From: Basidiobolus meristosporus CBS 931.73
Lineage: Eukaryota > Fungi > Basidiobolomycota
Length of the DNA: 64,000 bases
Direction: 5' to 3'
Assembly: GCA_002104905.1 (NCBI GenBank)
Contig: MCFE01000446.1
Span: forward strand, 1 to 64,000
Part shown: in pieces, positions 34,720 to 45,721 of the stretch
How the letters are laid out: each line of letters begins with the position of its first letter
Numbering within the stretch: position 1 is the stretch's first letter
Position numbers and translations under genes: made by a program
The notes under the pieces: model-generated
What the model saw: the letters and a program-made list of their open reading frames with translations, nothing else
What the model was told of the DNA's origin: nothing
Database searches by the model: none

Positions 34720-36096
34720 ATGAAGTTCAATAGTGCTCCGAAATGCCCGCGTTGCGCAAAAACCGTTTACATGGCCGAGCAAGTAAATACCTGGTTTAGC
34801 TCCTGGCTGTCAATACACTTGTTTATTCACGCGATGCTGTAGATAATTGGACCTGGTGGGCCTTGGCATAAGCGTTGCTTACGCTGCAAAGTAAAGTTTT
34901 TGGAATGCTTCTGGTTTTCGATAGCTCATAGTAACCCAGTTTCTTAGACTTGCGATAAATCCCTCGATTCTACGACCCTTTCAGAGCGGGAAAATGAGGT
35001 ACTCTTCTAGTCTCTCAAGACTTCTGGCCTGTATTAACGAGGCCCTTTTTTAGGTTTACTGTAAGGTATGCTACAACCGCCTATACGGGCCCAAAGGTAA
35101 GAATAGTTAACGGAACCTTGTATGAACGACCCATCGTTTCCTTTCCCTGCTAACCGTATGACACTTCACTTCATATTGCCAGGATGGGGTGCTGCCAACA
35201 TGTCGACGGAGACACAGATCCATCGTTTCGAAAACAGCTCAAGCGAAGAAGTGAACCTTAGAGCCTCGCCTTCCCCTGAACTTCCCATAAGCTCACTGAG
35301 ACTTTCTCCTGAAGCACCTACTCTTCCTCCCAGAAGTCCAGCCTCGGAAAGCGTTTCGAGGGCCCCCGCCTTGCCCAGCAGAAACAAGAACCTTGAAAGT
35401 ACTTCGAATACTCCCCCTCTACCTCCCAGGAATACAACCGAGTCACGAGGATCCAGCAACAATCCATTCTCCCAGGACACTCGTGATGCCGAGCCAGCAC
35501 GCAGCGAAGTAGACATCTCCAAAATCGCCAAGAATTTCGAGTCCAAACCTACTCACGCGCCCTCACCATCCAGCTCTCGTCTATTCCCACCCCGATCCAC
35601 TTCCCCCGCTAACCACAGCTCAGAAAAAAGCGTCCCAGCATTTCTCTCCGGGCATGGGGCGAAGAGGTCAAGTACCACGGCCACCACATTCTTGTCGAAC
35701 GCGAATAATCACCCAAGACCAGCCGCCACCGGTGCGCCTAACACTACCACCAACAACAACGTCCCCACGAAATCCTTCAGTTTACATCGCACTAGTCATT
35801 CGTTCTCTGGTATTGGTGGCCCCAACAAGAGATTTAGCAACCTAGGGGGAGGCGGGGACATCTGCCCCAGATGTCAAAAGGTTGTTTACGCTGCAGAGAG
35901 CGCAATGGGAGCGGGGGTAAAGTATCACAAACTATGCCTTCGCTGCTCCCAATGCAGCAAAAGCTTGGATTCCAGCAATATGAGGGAACGAGAGGGCACC
36001 TTATATTGCAAGCCATGCTACGCAAAACTATACGGACCCAAGGGCTACGGATACGGCGAGGGAGCGGCCTTCCTAACGACCGAAGGTGCAGTGTGA
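34720..36096 (+). CDS. Double LIM-domain protein (CRP/CRIP-like) with long Pro/Ser-rich linker, 5 exons, ~372 aa
   Basis: N-terminal LIM assembled from exons 34720-34782, 34843-34890, 34948-34998, 35054-35096; last exon from 35183 holds the C-terminal LIM CPRC..HKLCLRCSQC..CKPCY and the GPKGYG tail. Confidence 0.92.
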
Positions 36097-36633
36097 AGAG
36101 CCACGTGTACAAACCTATGTTTTTAAATAAACCCCTTTTCAACCCAATCGCATGGTGAATTAGCTAACAATAGCCCTTTATTCACTGGGTGAAGTCTGCA
36201 TAGCAACCGTATCTCAAACGATCATGCAGGTGGGAGTTTCCATATATACATGCATACGGGTGGATGGTTCCCATCAGTGGTGAGTTGGCTGACATAAAAA
36301 TAGGAGCATCTGAGAATCACTCAAGCGCCGATCACAGGATAGCTTCCACCTAAAGTTACAACCAGAAGCCAATCTCGCCTGGCGGATTAAAATAGGGGCG
36401 TTCGGGTTTAGTGCCTGGTAAATTGGTTAACATGTGCGGGATAAATATAGGCACCGATGCGACTCTTCGATGGTCAAATTTAACGTCGTCGTCACAATAG
36501 GCTCTCCAACAATGCGTGCATCTGCATGAATCTCCTCACCCGTTGACGGTCTCATAAATAGCACTTGTGCGAAGTATAAAACGCCCCGACAACCACCTGC
36601 CACCAACCAGCCATCCTTCCCGCAACCTTCACC

Positions 36634-37077
36634 ATGATCAAGTTTTTCAAGTCCAAGCCCTCGAAAAACGCTAGCAGTGCAGTTACGAGCACTGATGGTA
36701 TGCGGGAGGATATCAACGAGATTGTCGACACGATGGATCAAGGAGCACTCATCAGTATAGTGGACTCTCGGTACCCCTCGGATTCCATGAAAGAAGCTTG
36801 CCAAAGGAGCAGATGGAGAAACAGCTACTCGGCGCCTGGTTGCACCCTCGCCAAGCGCTCTTCCATCGCCTCTTCCTCGGCGTCGATCTCCTCATCCTCG
36901 TCCGAAGAGAGTGTCCTTCATATGAGGAATGGCGTGCAATGGGTGGTCTCCCGGAACAAGCGAAACAACCAGTTGGAAGTCCGAGTATTCCATGATGGCC
37001 AAGCACTCCGGCCTCATGAGACCATGTACCACCTATCACTAGCGAGGAAATACCAGCAATTCTTGAATCAGCACTAG
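36634..37077 (+). CDS. Hypothetical protein (147 aa)
   Basis: Intronless ATG ORF in the gene island; TATAAAA ~60 nt upstream; no recognised motif. Confidence 0.65.
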   Translation: MIKFFKSKPSKNASSAVTSTDGMREDINEIVDTMDQGALISIVDSRYPSDSMKEACQRSRWRNSYSAPGCTLAKRSSIASSSASISSSSSEESVLHMRNGVQWVVSRNKRNNQLEVRVFHDGQALRPHETMYHLSLARKYQQFLNQH

Positions 37078-37245
37078 ACCCCAACAACGATTGGATGGCG
37101 CTTTATTGTATATAGATATATATATATACCCTTTCTCCTTGGATTTATGAACAGATCACATATATATATAAAGATTGGCTGTATAAAACCCTCACTTCGA
37201 GTAACCATCTGTCATGACACCTAATACTTGATGAGTAACCGTGAC

Positions 37246-38013
37246 CTAACCAGACTTCATCAATGCGTCAAAGAATTCAGGGGTCGCGGTCTGAGTGTAG
37301 TCGCTGGACTCCGCAGGGCCGTATGCAGAACGAATGGGCAGCACTCCTGACCAAACCTTCTGGTTCAGCTCCTCGCTGCTCACATCCTCTTTGTCATCCT
37401 TTGGGGCCCCGGCTCTAACTTTGGCACTGGCAGTTTCGATTTGAACGGCGATGACCCCGGTGCTTTGCAGATCGATCTTCCCTGGGGGCTTGCTATCTTC
37501 CCACCTATCCGCAGTCCGATCGCCATGCTGTGGGAGAAAGCAACCGGAGGCCTGGTTGGTGATGTATTTCAGAGCAGTCAATTTCTCTTCCGGGTCAGTC
37601 ACCAGCCTGCCGTAGCCAAAAACGCACGCGGAGCGGTAGTTGAAGGAGTTGTGGAACGGGTTGATGGCATAGACGATGCCATCCAAGTGGGTGACCGTGA
37701 TATTGACCTTGGGCCTGGGGGCGTCTGAATTGCGGGGCCCCAGTGCTTTGATCAGTCTTCCGCTTATGTAGCCGTGCAGGTAAACCGTATCCTCGATGCG
37801 GGAGTATGCCATGGGCATCACGAGTGGCCAATCCTCCGGCTCTTGCGAGGCATCTTCCACCGTGTAGGGAAGTGCAAAGCCAACGTGGGCAACCAAGCCC
37901 TCGTCGAGGATCTTGTATATGGTAGGCTTGTCGTATTTACCACGCTCTGGCATGCGCTTGACCTTATTGATCGAGCGAGAGGTGGTGGGTGTGAATTCTG
38001 GCTGGGTGGACAT
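37246..38013 (-). CDS. Pyridoxamine 5'-phosphate oxidase-like flavin-nucleotide-binding protein (NimA/Pyridox_ox_2-like)
   Basis: R.PERGKYD..IYKILDEG.VAHVGF, PMAY, VYLHG, ITVTHLDG, HNSFNYRSACVFG, SAKVR.G.P; TATAA upstream. Confidence 0.88.
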   Translation of the reverse strand: MSTQPEFTPTTSRSINKVKRMPERGKYDKPTIYKILDEGLVAHVGFALPYTVEDASQEPEDWPLVMPMAYSRIEDTVYLHGYISGRLIKALGPRNSDAPRPKVNITVTHLDGIVYAINPFHNSFNYRSACVFGYGRLVTDPEEKLTALKYITNQASGCFLPQHGDRTADRWEDSKPPGKIDLQSTGVIAVQIETASAKVRAGAPKDDKEDVSSEELNQKVWSGVLPIRSAYGPAESSDYTQTATPEFFDALMKSG

Positions 38014-38386
38014 GTTGGCTAATCGATGGGAGAAGGTGGATGGAGGCTGCCTCCTTATAAAGGATTTGCTTAGTAATCTCCACTAGGTCAGATTCCTACC
38101 CACGCTGGGTGTCCAGACAGCGATTGGCGTGGTGATACAGAGCCTGTATTCCGCTGTGAAGGGGCGGTCGATTATTTGCGATGACTTCTTGTCAGTCACC
38201 GTAGCCGGAGTTGGGTGGCGGTGGCTTTCTGAGAAGTATCCAATTCACCGGATGCCATCCCTTCCCACTTCAGGGCAGTCACCTTAACCGGGTTGGTGAT
38301 CTTCCTACGCATGATCCAACCTGGATCCTCCCATCGTGCCGAATTCCGAGCAAATTTTCCTTCGAGCCCCCAATCCGGCCCACAAC

Positions 38387-39381
38387 ATGTATCTCCTTTA
38401 CTTGGTCCGCTTCGGGTACCTACTGATCACCGCCTCCGCCATATGCGCTTCGACCTTGCCGCAACTACGCGTCTCCATACTGGACTACGGTAAGCTCAAC
38501 GAAAGTCCCGGCTTACCAACCAAATACAAGGGCACTTGGATCGCTACTCTGCGCAATGTCCAGGTTCCGAAGCGTTGGTTCCAGCATTTCTATCTGTTCG
38601 GGGTGATGTGGAACCTATGGTTGTTGCTGGAGCTCACGGGCTGGCTGTGCTGGGCCAAGCGCGGTCTCCTGCTGAGCTTGCTGTACACGTGGGATACCCC
38701 AACCGAGGTGGATTACCTAGGCTCGGCAGAGATTGCGCTCTACGCTCTGGTGTTGACTCAGTTGCAGCTGGCCCGCAGGACGTACGAAGTGTTTTTTGTG
38801 GAGAAGCCCTCGGAGGCGAAGATGCATCTCGGCCATTATCTCGTTGGCCTTTGCTTCTACCTAGCGGTAAGCCTTTCGGTGTGGTTGGAGGCGGCGGGGA
38901 ATCTGGGCCTGTACAGCACAGGTAAGTTCGACCTGAGCCAAGGAATAGAGCCGGCGCCAACCCGAATTTTCTTCCATTTCTAGCGGGACCGAAACTATCT
39001 GTCGCTCAGCTGTTCACCAGACCTGTGCCCCTGCTCTGCGGCACCGTGTTGTTCGGGTACTTCTCCTACCGACAGTACCGTTGCCACCTCATCTTGGCCC
39101 AGCTACGTCCCGGCCCTAGCAAGCCTGGACCCCCGAAGTATTTCATCCCGAGAGGCGATCTGTTCGAGTACGTGACGGGAGCACATTACTTTTGCGAGAT
39201 CATGATCTACTTCGCCCTCTGGTGGCTGGTTGGCCTCACGAACATCACCATGGGCCTGAGCTTCTCATGGGTTCTCATCAACCTAGGGATCATCGCCAGG
39301 GAGACCCACGGCTGGTACCAAAGCAAGTTCGGCGCCAGCTACCCGCCGAGCCGACGAATCCTATTCCCGTTCCTCTACTGA
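38387..39381 (+). CDS. DFG10: Polyprenol reductase (SRD5A3/DFG10, steroid 5-alpha-reductase family), intron 38922-38983, ~310 aa
   Basis: DYGK, VPKRWFQHFY, ARRTYE, KMHLGHYLVG..FY, Q.RCH.ILA.LR, IPRGDLFEYV..AHYFCE, TH.WY..KF, PFLY end. Confidence 0.9.
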
Positions 39382-39485
39382 ATAAATCCACGAGTAGCGA
39401 AGCGGTGAAAAGAGCAAGCATTGAGGTTTATTTAATTACACATTTTGAGAAGAGGACAAAAAGGCAAATGAGGGAGGGGAATGAG

Positions 39486-40475
39486 TTATACAAGAAGGAC
39501 CGCGTTGATGCACCCGTCGTTTTCGGGGTTGTTCGTGATTTGGGCGTATTTTCCCCACACGACCTTACCGCCGGTTGTGACGAGCCCCAGTTCGCTCACG
39601 TTCACCTCGATCACCGTACCCTTCGTGAGAACACCCAGCTGGGTGAAGAACGGACTCTGAGGGTTTTTCTTCACCCCGATGATGGGAAGGTGGAAGGTGG
39701 CCCCGAGCTCGGGATGGGTGACGTGGGCCTTCTTGTAACGAAGGGCCATGGGTCGGATGAAGCGTTCGTACTTGGGTGGCTTACGGGTGAACCCGTCCCC
39801 GACGAAGGTCGCCTTGGTGACCATTCTCTTCCACTGCTTCGTCTTGCTCTTACCGGTCTTGATCACCTTGAACATCTCGTCCTCGGCGATACCCCGGACC
39901 TTGGGCAGAGGCACGTTCCACTTGCCCGCCTTCTCCTTACGCTTCTGTTTGACCATATTCGAGAGCACCTTGGCCCGTTTCTCTCCGTCACGGTCCAACA
40001 GGTAGGCAGGTACCGCGCCGGTGGGCACCGCGTCGTCGCTCTTCTGCTTCGCCGACTTCTCTTCGTGCTGTTTGATGGCCTTCTTCATCTGGATCTTCTC
40101 CGAGTGGCGCTTCTTATTGTACATCTTCGCCTTCAGACCATGGATCTTCTGGGCGTACGCCGCGTTCTTGTGAACCTCACGCGCTTCTCTCTTACGCCTG
40201 AGGGTGAGGGAGGGGAAAAGGAAGGGAGGGGTGGAGGGTAAGTGGTTGGCCTAAAGGGGAACTTCTCGTCAGGTGCAACTTACTTGCGCTCTTCATGATC
40301 CATACGACGTCCATGACGCTTGATGGACTCTTCAATGTGTTCGTTTTGAGGCTAGGAAGCAATGGCTGGGTAAGTCAAAGGAAGCAAGTGCCGAGGTGAA
40401 GGTCGGGTTGTCGTTGGAGGGGAAAGAAACTGGGCGAGGGCGGGGCGGGGCAGGGCAAGGAACAACACCTACCAT
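39486..40475 (-). CDS. NSA2: Ribosome biogenesis protein NSA2, 3 exons (40475-40473, 40351-40284, 40197-39486), 260 aa
   Basis: Spliced [26 protein letters not shown]; [12 protein letters not shown]; [11 protein letters not shown]; [22 protein letters not shown]. Confidence 0.97.
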
Positions 40476-41117
40476 ATTGGAAGCTTTCTAAACGGACAAA
40501 GTGGAGTTCTGGGAAAGAAGCCAAACCGGAGTTCGCTTCAGGTGGAGAAGAAATATTTGGGAGGGGGGGGGAGGGACGGTGAGAAGGAGGGGGATGGCAG
40601 GAGGGATTTTTTTTTCTTTTCTTTCACTTTCTTTTCAAAATTTCCCCTCCTCTCCCCTCCCCTCCTGATCCGCCGTGACAGGTGACTTCAACTCGAAGTT
40701 CGGTTAGGTTCGTGGTTACGCGTCGGGATTTTGGTTAAGTGTCGGGTTAGGGGTTCCGATTTTTTTCTCGCTCCACGACAGATGGATTTTTTTTCAGGGA
40801 TCCCGTGATCCGCAATCCACCCACCCACCCTGATTTTATGCGATGAAGTTGAAGTACCGTGACAGTGCCATGGAGTCGTATATTTGGCGTTGCCTCAAAC
40901 AATATTGACAGTCCTGGGGCATCGCAATGTGCATCCTCTCAGTAGCCAATGATGTTGTAACCAGTCATGGATGATGCCATAATTTAATGAGATGTGCGGT
41001 ATTCCACTTACTATGGGCGGCCATCAAAAGTGGCATAACATGCGAGCCCTGGTTGAGTTGTCAATTCCCACCCAAGAATTACTATCAACGGATATTTCCC
41101 CTGCCTCAGTCTAGCTC

Positions 41118-42794
41118 TTACATTTTTCGTGAACGCATTGGAGCAACCTCCCTCCTTCCCTCCCTCGCCCACATACCGGGTATTACCAACAACTCTATCA
41201 GTCGGTATGCACTTTCCCAGGTGTCGTGGCTGGTTGGGGGACTACAGGTTCTCCCCCCCCTAACGACGCTCTTCGGAAGCCCAGGAACGAATAGCTCAGC
41301 CGTCTCCAAGTCTTGGTGTGAAGCTGGAACGTACGATTTGGTGGCGTGGTCCAACGTGACTGCCCCGCTAACTATATGAGGTGCCCCCGTGGGATTTTGA
41401 CGAAGGTAGAACGGGAATGGCGTTGGCTCCCTGGTACCTTTCGCGTATCCGCCACAGGAGCCGGAGTGAGTGGGCCAGATGTGTTGGAGACGTAGTGCCG
41501 CATCCAGGTAGAGCCCGTAGCTTCCGGAGCGCCTGGTGAGGTATCTAGCCAGTGCAAAGCAAACCAGCGAGAAGGAGAGGAGCACACCGACAACTGCCCA
41601 AAATCTCCGGTCCACCACCAACTCCTCGCCAGAAACTTCCCACATCATCAGCTCCTGGGCGAACGCTCCCTGCCAATAGAGCAGCTGGACCATCATGAGA
41701 TCCGCCGATGTGAGGGCCTCTCGCACTCGCTGTATCCCCGTCATCTTCTCGCCCCGGGAGATGCCCTCCGCATCACTGGGCGCCATTCTCGAGCCCAACA
41801 TCCAGAAATCCTGGATAAACTCCACCTCCACGTAACGGCCCAACTCTGCGTAATTGTACATTTCCCCCATCGGCCCGCGATACCCAGCAACTATGGCTTG
41901 GTGGCATCCGTTTCTGTGGCACCACTTCAGCCCGGATTCCATGCTCAATTCCACCCAGATACTGCCATCGTAGGTTTGCCATTGGGCTAGGCAGCTTTGA
42001 TCGGCTGGAGTGATGCCGATCGCGGGCAGCAAGTGCATGATGGAGGTAATCTCATCATAGTTGAGCTCCATCGTGATTTTGATAAGATTCCCCTTGGTTG
42101 CTTGGGTGAACTTTGGGTGGTAGCGCGTCCTTGGGATTGGGTCATCAGAAGAATCTACGTAGGGCACGGTGCAGTTTTCTCCACTGTGCCAGGGCTTGGT
42201 TGGGTCCACGTCGGGGGTTATCGAGATCGATACCAGATGGATTTCACTCTGTACGAACTCCCCCGGGAACTGAACACTCTCCCGAGCACCTGGCAACTGG
42301 TTCTCCAAAGAAAAGGAGTGACTAAGGCCAGTCCACCTGCTACGTGGCTTCATGAACACCGCGCCGGAGGCGGGGAATTCCGCGGGGATGGTCACCTGTC
42401 CCGTATATACCGGTCCGGTCATGCTCTTGACGATGTAAGGGGACAGTTTGTCCAGGTATGCTACCCCACTACCACTCAGGAGCAGCCCAACCAGTAGGAT
42501 TCTTAACCAACCACCTGCAGGCAGCCATTGTCGCCATGTCCATTTGGCGGCGGCGGGTGTGTCTCCCAGTAAAATCGATAGGCCGGCCACCACCGGGCCC
42601 CGGGAGGCCAACTGGGCGCGGAGTAGACAAAGCACCCCGTTGCCAAGTAACGCCAGGGTGAGACTGAGCACAAGTACCGCTTCGCTGATCCCCAATCCAG
42701 CTGATGCGGTATAGGTCACCTGCGCGTTGACCGCGTCGGTGGCATTGGCGGCCAGGGTGGCTTGGAATTTCTCCCCGAAGTCACTAAAAGTCAT
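41118..42794 (-). CDS. Orphan multi-pass membrane protein (558 aa; two N-terminal TMs, large luminal domain, C-terminal TM)
   Basis: Long intronless ORF with TATATA ~95 nt upstream and a decayed tandem paralogue; no family recognised. Confidence 0.8.
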   Translation of the reverse strand: MTFSDFGEKFQATLAANATDAVNAQVTYTASAGLGISEAVLVLSLTLALLGNGVLCLLRAQLASRGPVVAGLSILLGDTPAAAKWTWRQWLPAGGWLRILLVGLLLSGSGVAYLDKLSPYIVKSMTGPVYTGQVTIPAEFPASGAVFMKPRSRWTGLSHSFSLENQLPGARESVQFPGEFVQSEIHLVSISITPDVDPTKPWHSGENCTVPYVDSSDDPIPRTRYHPKFTQATKGNLIKITMELNYDEITSIMHLLPAIGITPADQSCLAQWQTYDGSIWVELSMESGLKWCHRNGCHQAIVAGYRGPMGEMYNYAELGRYVEVEFIQDFWMLGSRMAPSDAEGISRGEKMTGIQRVREALTSADLMMVQLLYWQGAFAQELMMWEVSGEELVVDRRFWAVVGVLLSFSLVCFALARYLTRRSGSYGLYLDAALRLQHIWPTHSGSCGGYAKGTREPTPFPFYLRQNPTGAPHIVSGAVTLDHATKSYVPASHQDLETAELFVPGLPKSVVRGGRTCSPPTSHDTWESAYRLIELLVIPGMWAREGRREVAPMRSRKM

Positions 42795-43199
42795 CGGTAC
42801 TAGTGGTGAAGGTCGGTATGGTCAATCAGATGTTGGAAAGGACAGATCTTATCTGGAAAGCTTTGGCTACCATGCGGAGCGCTTCTATATACCGCGACCA
42901 GTTGCGCCACTGAGACCTGGTGGGAAATCCCGACTGGATCCAGATCCGGTTTTGGGGATCTTCTGGCCTGTCTGGTGCAGACAAAAGCGGTGGATTCAGG
43001 TGGAGCCCGATGGAATCTTTGTAGATTCGATGATCCGGTTTCTCCGGAACCACCTTCCCTTGCCGTGCATGGTCGAATCCCTGCGATCCTCTAATGACAG
43101 CGGTGTAACCACCGGCATGTGTATGAAGGTGTAGCCGGTGGCTTTCTATGTTCCGTCGGACTTGATTGAAGGGATACAGTGGGAACATGTCTATCCTGG

Positions 43200-44132
43200 T
43201 TTCCGCCGCACTATTTCCTTAGGGTCTCACCGTTGTCACCCGACGGTGTGAAAATACGGATTTCCTCTGTGACCTGGACATATGATTTGGTCGGTCCTCG
43301 AAAAGTTCGGTGCTCCCTACCCCTTCACAATCCACGACCTCCCACCTCCCACCTCATAATCCCAGCCGTTGCATCCTGCAACTCCGTAGAAGGGCTCGAA
43401 GCACCCTGGACATTCGGTGAAAAATCTCGATTCCCTTTCTTCCGGTACTCCTGTCCCTTCTGGCTTCACCATGGTGGATTTTCTTTAATCGATTCCCATC
43501 GTCCATCATTTCATCTAGCTGTATATGGTGTGACCGAAATGGATTCCAGACACCGCGGGTACGGTTGTATAAATCGGGTTTGGGTCCCACTTGTACGGAT
43601 CCACCTCCTGATTCTACCTACCAACCTTGTGCCATCTGATAATTCATGCCGCATGATTTCCGATCCCCTTGCCCTGGTGGGCCTTTTTGTGTAGGGAAGA
43701 TCAGGATTTGCAGATTTCAAACTGTGGGCCATGGTCAACCAACCCCATCTCCCTCAACCTGCAGAACATACCATGCTAGATGGTGTCTGGTAATGGCAAC
43801 AGATCCCCACAAAAGTAGTCATGCTCCCTAGTAAACACAGAACATGCCAAAATTGGTAACTCTGCTGAAAGTCACCCCAGTAATAGCGCAAGCAATTGGG
43901 CCACATTGGATGTGGGGTCCTGCATAGAGTGGTCCAAAATCTCCCAACTTCCTGCCTTGGAGGTTGTGAAGGCTCCTGCTGTGCCAATTTCCTGGAACAG
44001 ATCCTTTGCCAGGACCCACTTGGAATACTCCACCAAAATGTCCAACACCCAGGCCATCAAAATCAGATGGGTGGTTGAAAAGCCCTCAAATCTGGTGCAT
44101 ATGCTCTTGGATCCTTTCTGAGCCTGGTCCAT
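43200..44132 (-). pseudogene. Pseudogenised tandem paralogue of the 558-aa membrane protein
   Basis: Colinear fragments: LLALLLGD vs LSILLGD; RWGWLTMAHSLKSANPDLP vs RWTGLSHSFSLENQLP; VDPYKWD..TTVP vs VDPTKPW..CTVP; DQIICPGHRG vs HQAIVAGYRG. Stops and frameshifts throughout. Confidence 0.7.
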
Positions 44133-44859
44133 GTTCTAAATATGTGTATCACCTTTACTTTGGATAAACCATTGGATAAGTCCAAGTGATCTAGCAGCCC
44201 TCCCAATCACTTTTGGTAGCTCCAAAACTCTCACACAAGAATGGACTCAGCAAAACAGTGCAAGTTCAGTCCACATACAAAAATAGGGCCCATGTTGTGG
44301 TCATATGGGTGCCCTGAACTCATAGACTAAGTCTCAGATTCTTGGCTCAAGCTCTAAAAGTATACTTCAAGACCTTTGTGTTTTAGGAGTTTTGGAGACA
44401 TTAGAAGTGATTGGGAGAGCAGACAGAACATGCAACTTTTGACTTTGTGATTTGTTGAATGTAACAGTGGTGTATATACTTCTAGATGGTCTTGTGAAAG
44501 AAAAATGAGTAGATATGTAGGCTAGTAATTAAATAGCCAAGTTAGGTGAGTATCTAGGTGTAAATATAAAACTTGCTTCACTCCCACTCAATTAAACACT
44601 TATATTGGCTAGGCCTCAATGTGACCCAAGATACTTAAATCTGGCTCTAGCCAATGGTAATGTGAGCATATCTGCAATTAGTTCATATGTGGGACAATAA
44701 TCCAAGTTAGCCAAGTTATTTGCCATAACATTCCAGAAGAAATGTTTCCCACTATCTTCCTACTTGGCTTTTCTAGGAAAAGCTGGATCTCTTCCTAATT
44801 TAGTACATCTGTGACTATCTTGAAATATATTGGGAGGGGTTTTTTTTACCTGTAACCAG

Positions 44860-45355
44860 GTCTTCATAGCACTTTCTTAGTCAAACTGGCTCTTTGGAAA
44901 CATCACAGGCTACCATATACTCTGCCTCTGTGGTGGAAAGTGCCATGGTTAGTTGCTTATTTGAGTTCCATGAGGTGGCACCTGTGTTCTGAAGTATGGT
45001 GTGTCATGTGATTGATCTTCTTACTTCTGGTTTTGTCCCCAATCTGTAGCAGGGTATTCCAAATGACCCTGGTCTGAAATCCTCTAAGTGCATCTTAGGC
45101 AGATATCAGCAGTTCCTTTCAGTATTTTAAAGTCCAGCAACTGTTGCTAATTGGCTGGATCCAAAGCTCTAAATATAATAGCAGATAACCCCCACTGCAT
45201 ATGAGATATAGAGAAGTGTTCCTGGCACCATTTACAGGTGACTGATTACCATAGATTGATCTAGGGTTTCTATATATTTCAATGGTAGCAAGCTGTCATG
45301 GTTTGGTGGATTTTTGACCAAGTTGAGATTTGTCTGTATTAGGGTGGCTGCTGGG
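44860..45355 (-). mobile_element. Ty1/copia RT-RNase H fragment
   Basis: TNLNLVK, ATSWNSNKQLTMALSTTEAEYMVAC; homologous to the copia at 53.1 kb and 60.1-60.45 kb. Confidence 0.85.
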
Positions 45356-45721
45356 TTGTATTGTAGAAACTTTTAATTGCACCTAATTATTCACCTACTT
45401 AGTCATCTAGATTGCTACTTCCAAATCTCCCAAATAACTAACCAAATTCCTTATTGATATTTACTTATAATAGTCTCACCAAACATCAGGTACCCAGTGA
45501 TCTAAAAGCTCTGGCAATATTGGAAGTCATGGGAGGACAAGTTGAGTATGAGGCCTTCACCTGGTGACTTGATTGATACAAATGTAGTATTGATACTTTG
45601 ATATGATTTTAGCAAGACAACACACTATATGCACTGAGTTAGATCTCAAGAGCATGTGTGCAAAGTCTGGGACTGTTTGGACATCTGTGAGAAAGCTCAT
45701 GTTCAAGGTACATGATGTTTT

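Noticed and set aside
39192-40241. 349-aa plus-strand ORF overlapping DFG10 and antisense to NSA2
   Set aside because: Antisense shadow of a GC3-rich conserved gene; no motifs; runs across a NSA2 intron.
40700-40850. GGGTTAGGG telomere-like motif and GCGATGAAG (PAC-like) upstream of NSA2
   Set aside because: Single or imperfect short matches in a GC-rich promoter; not distinguishable from chance without orthologous promoters.
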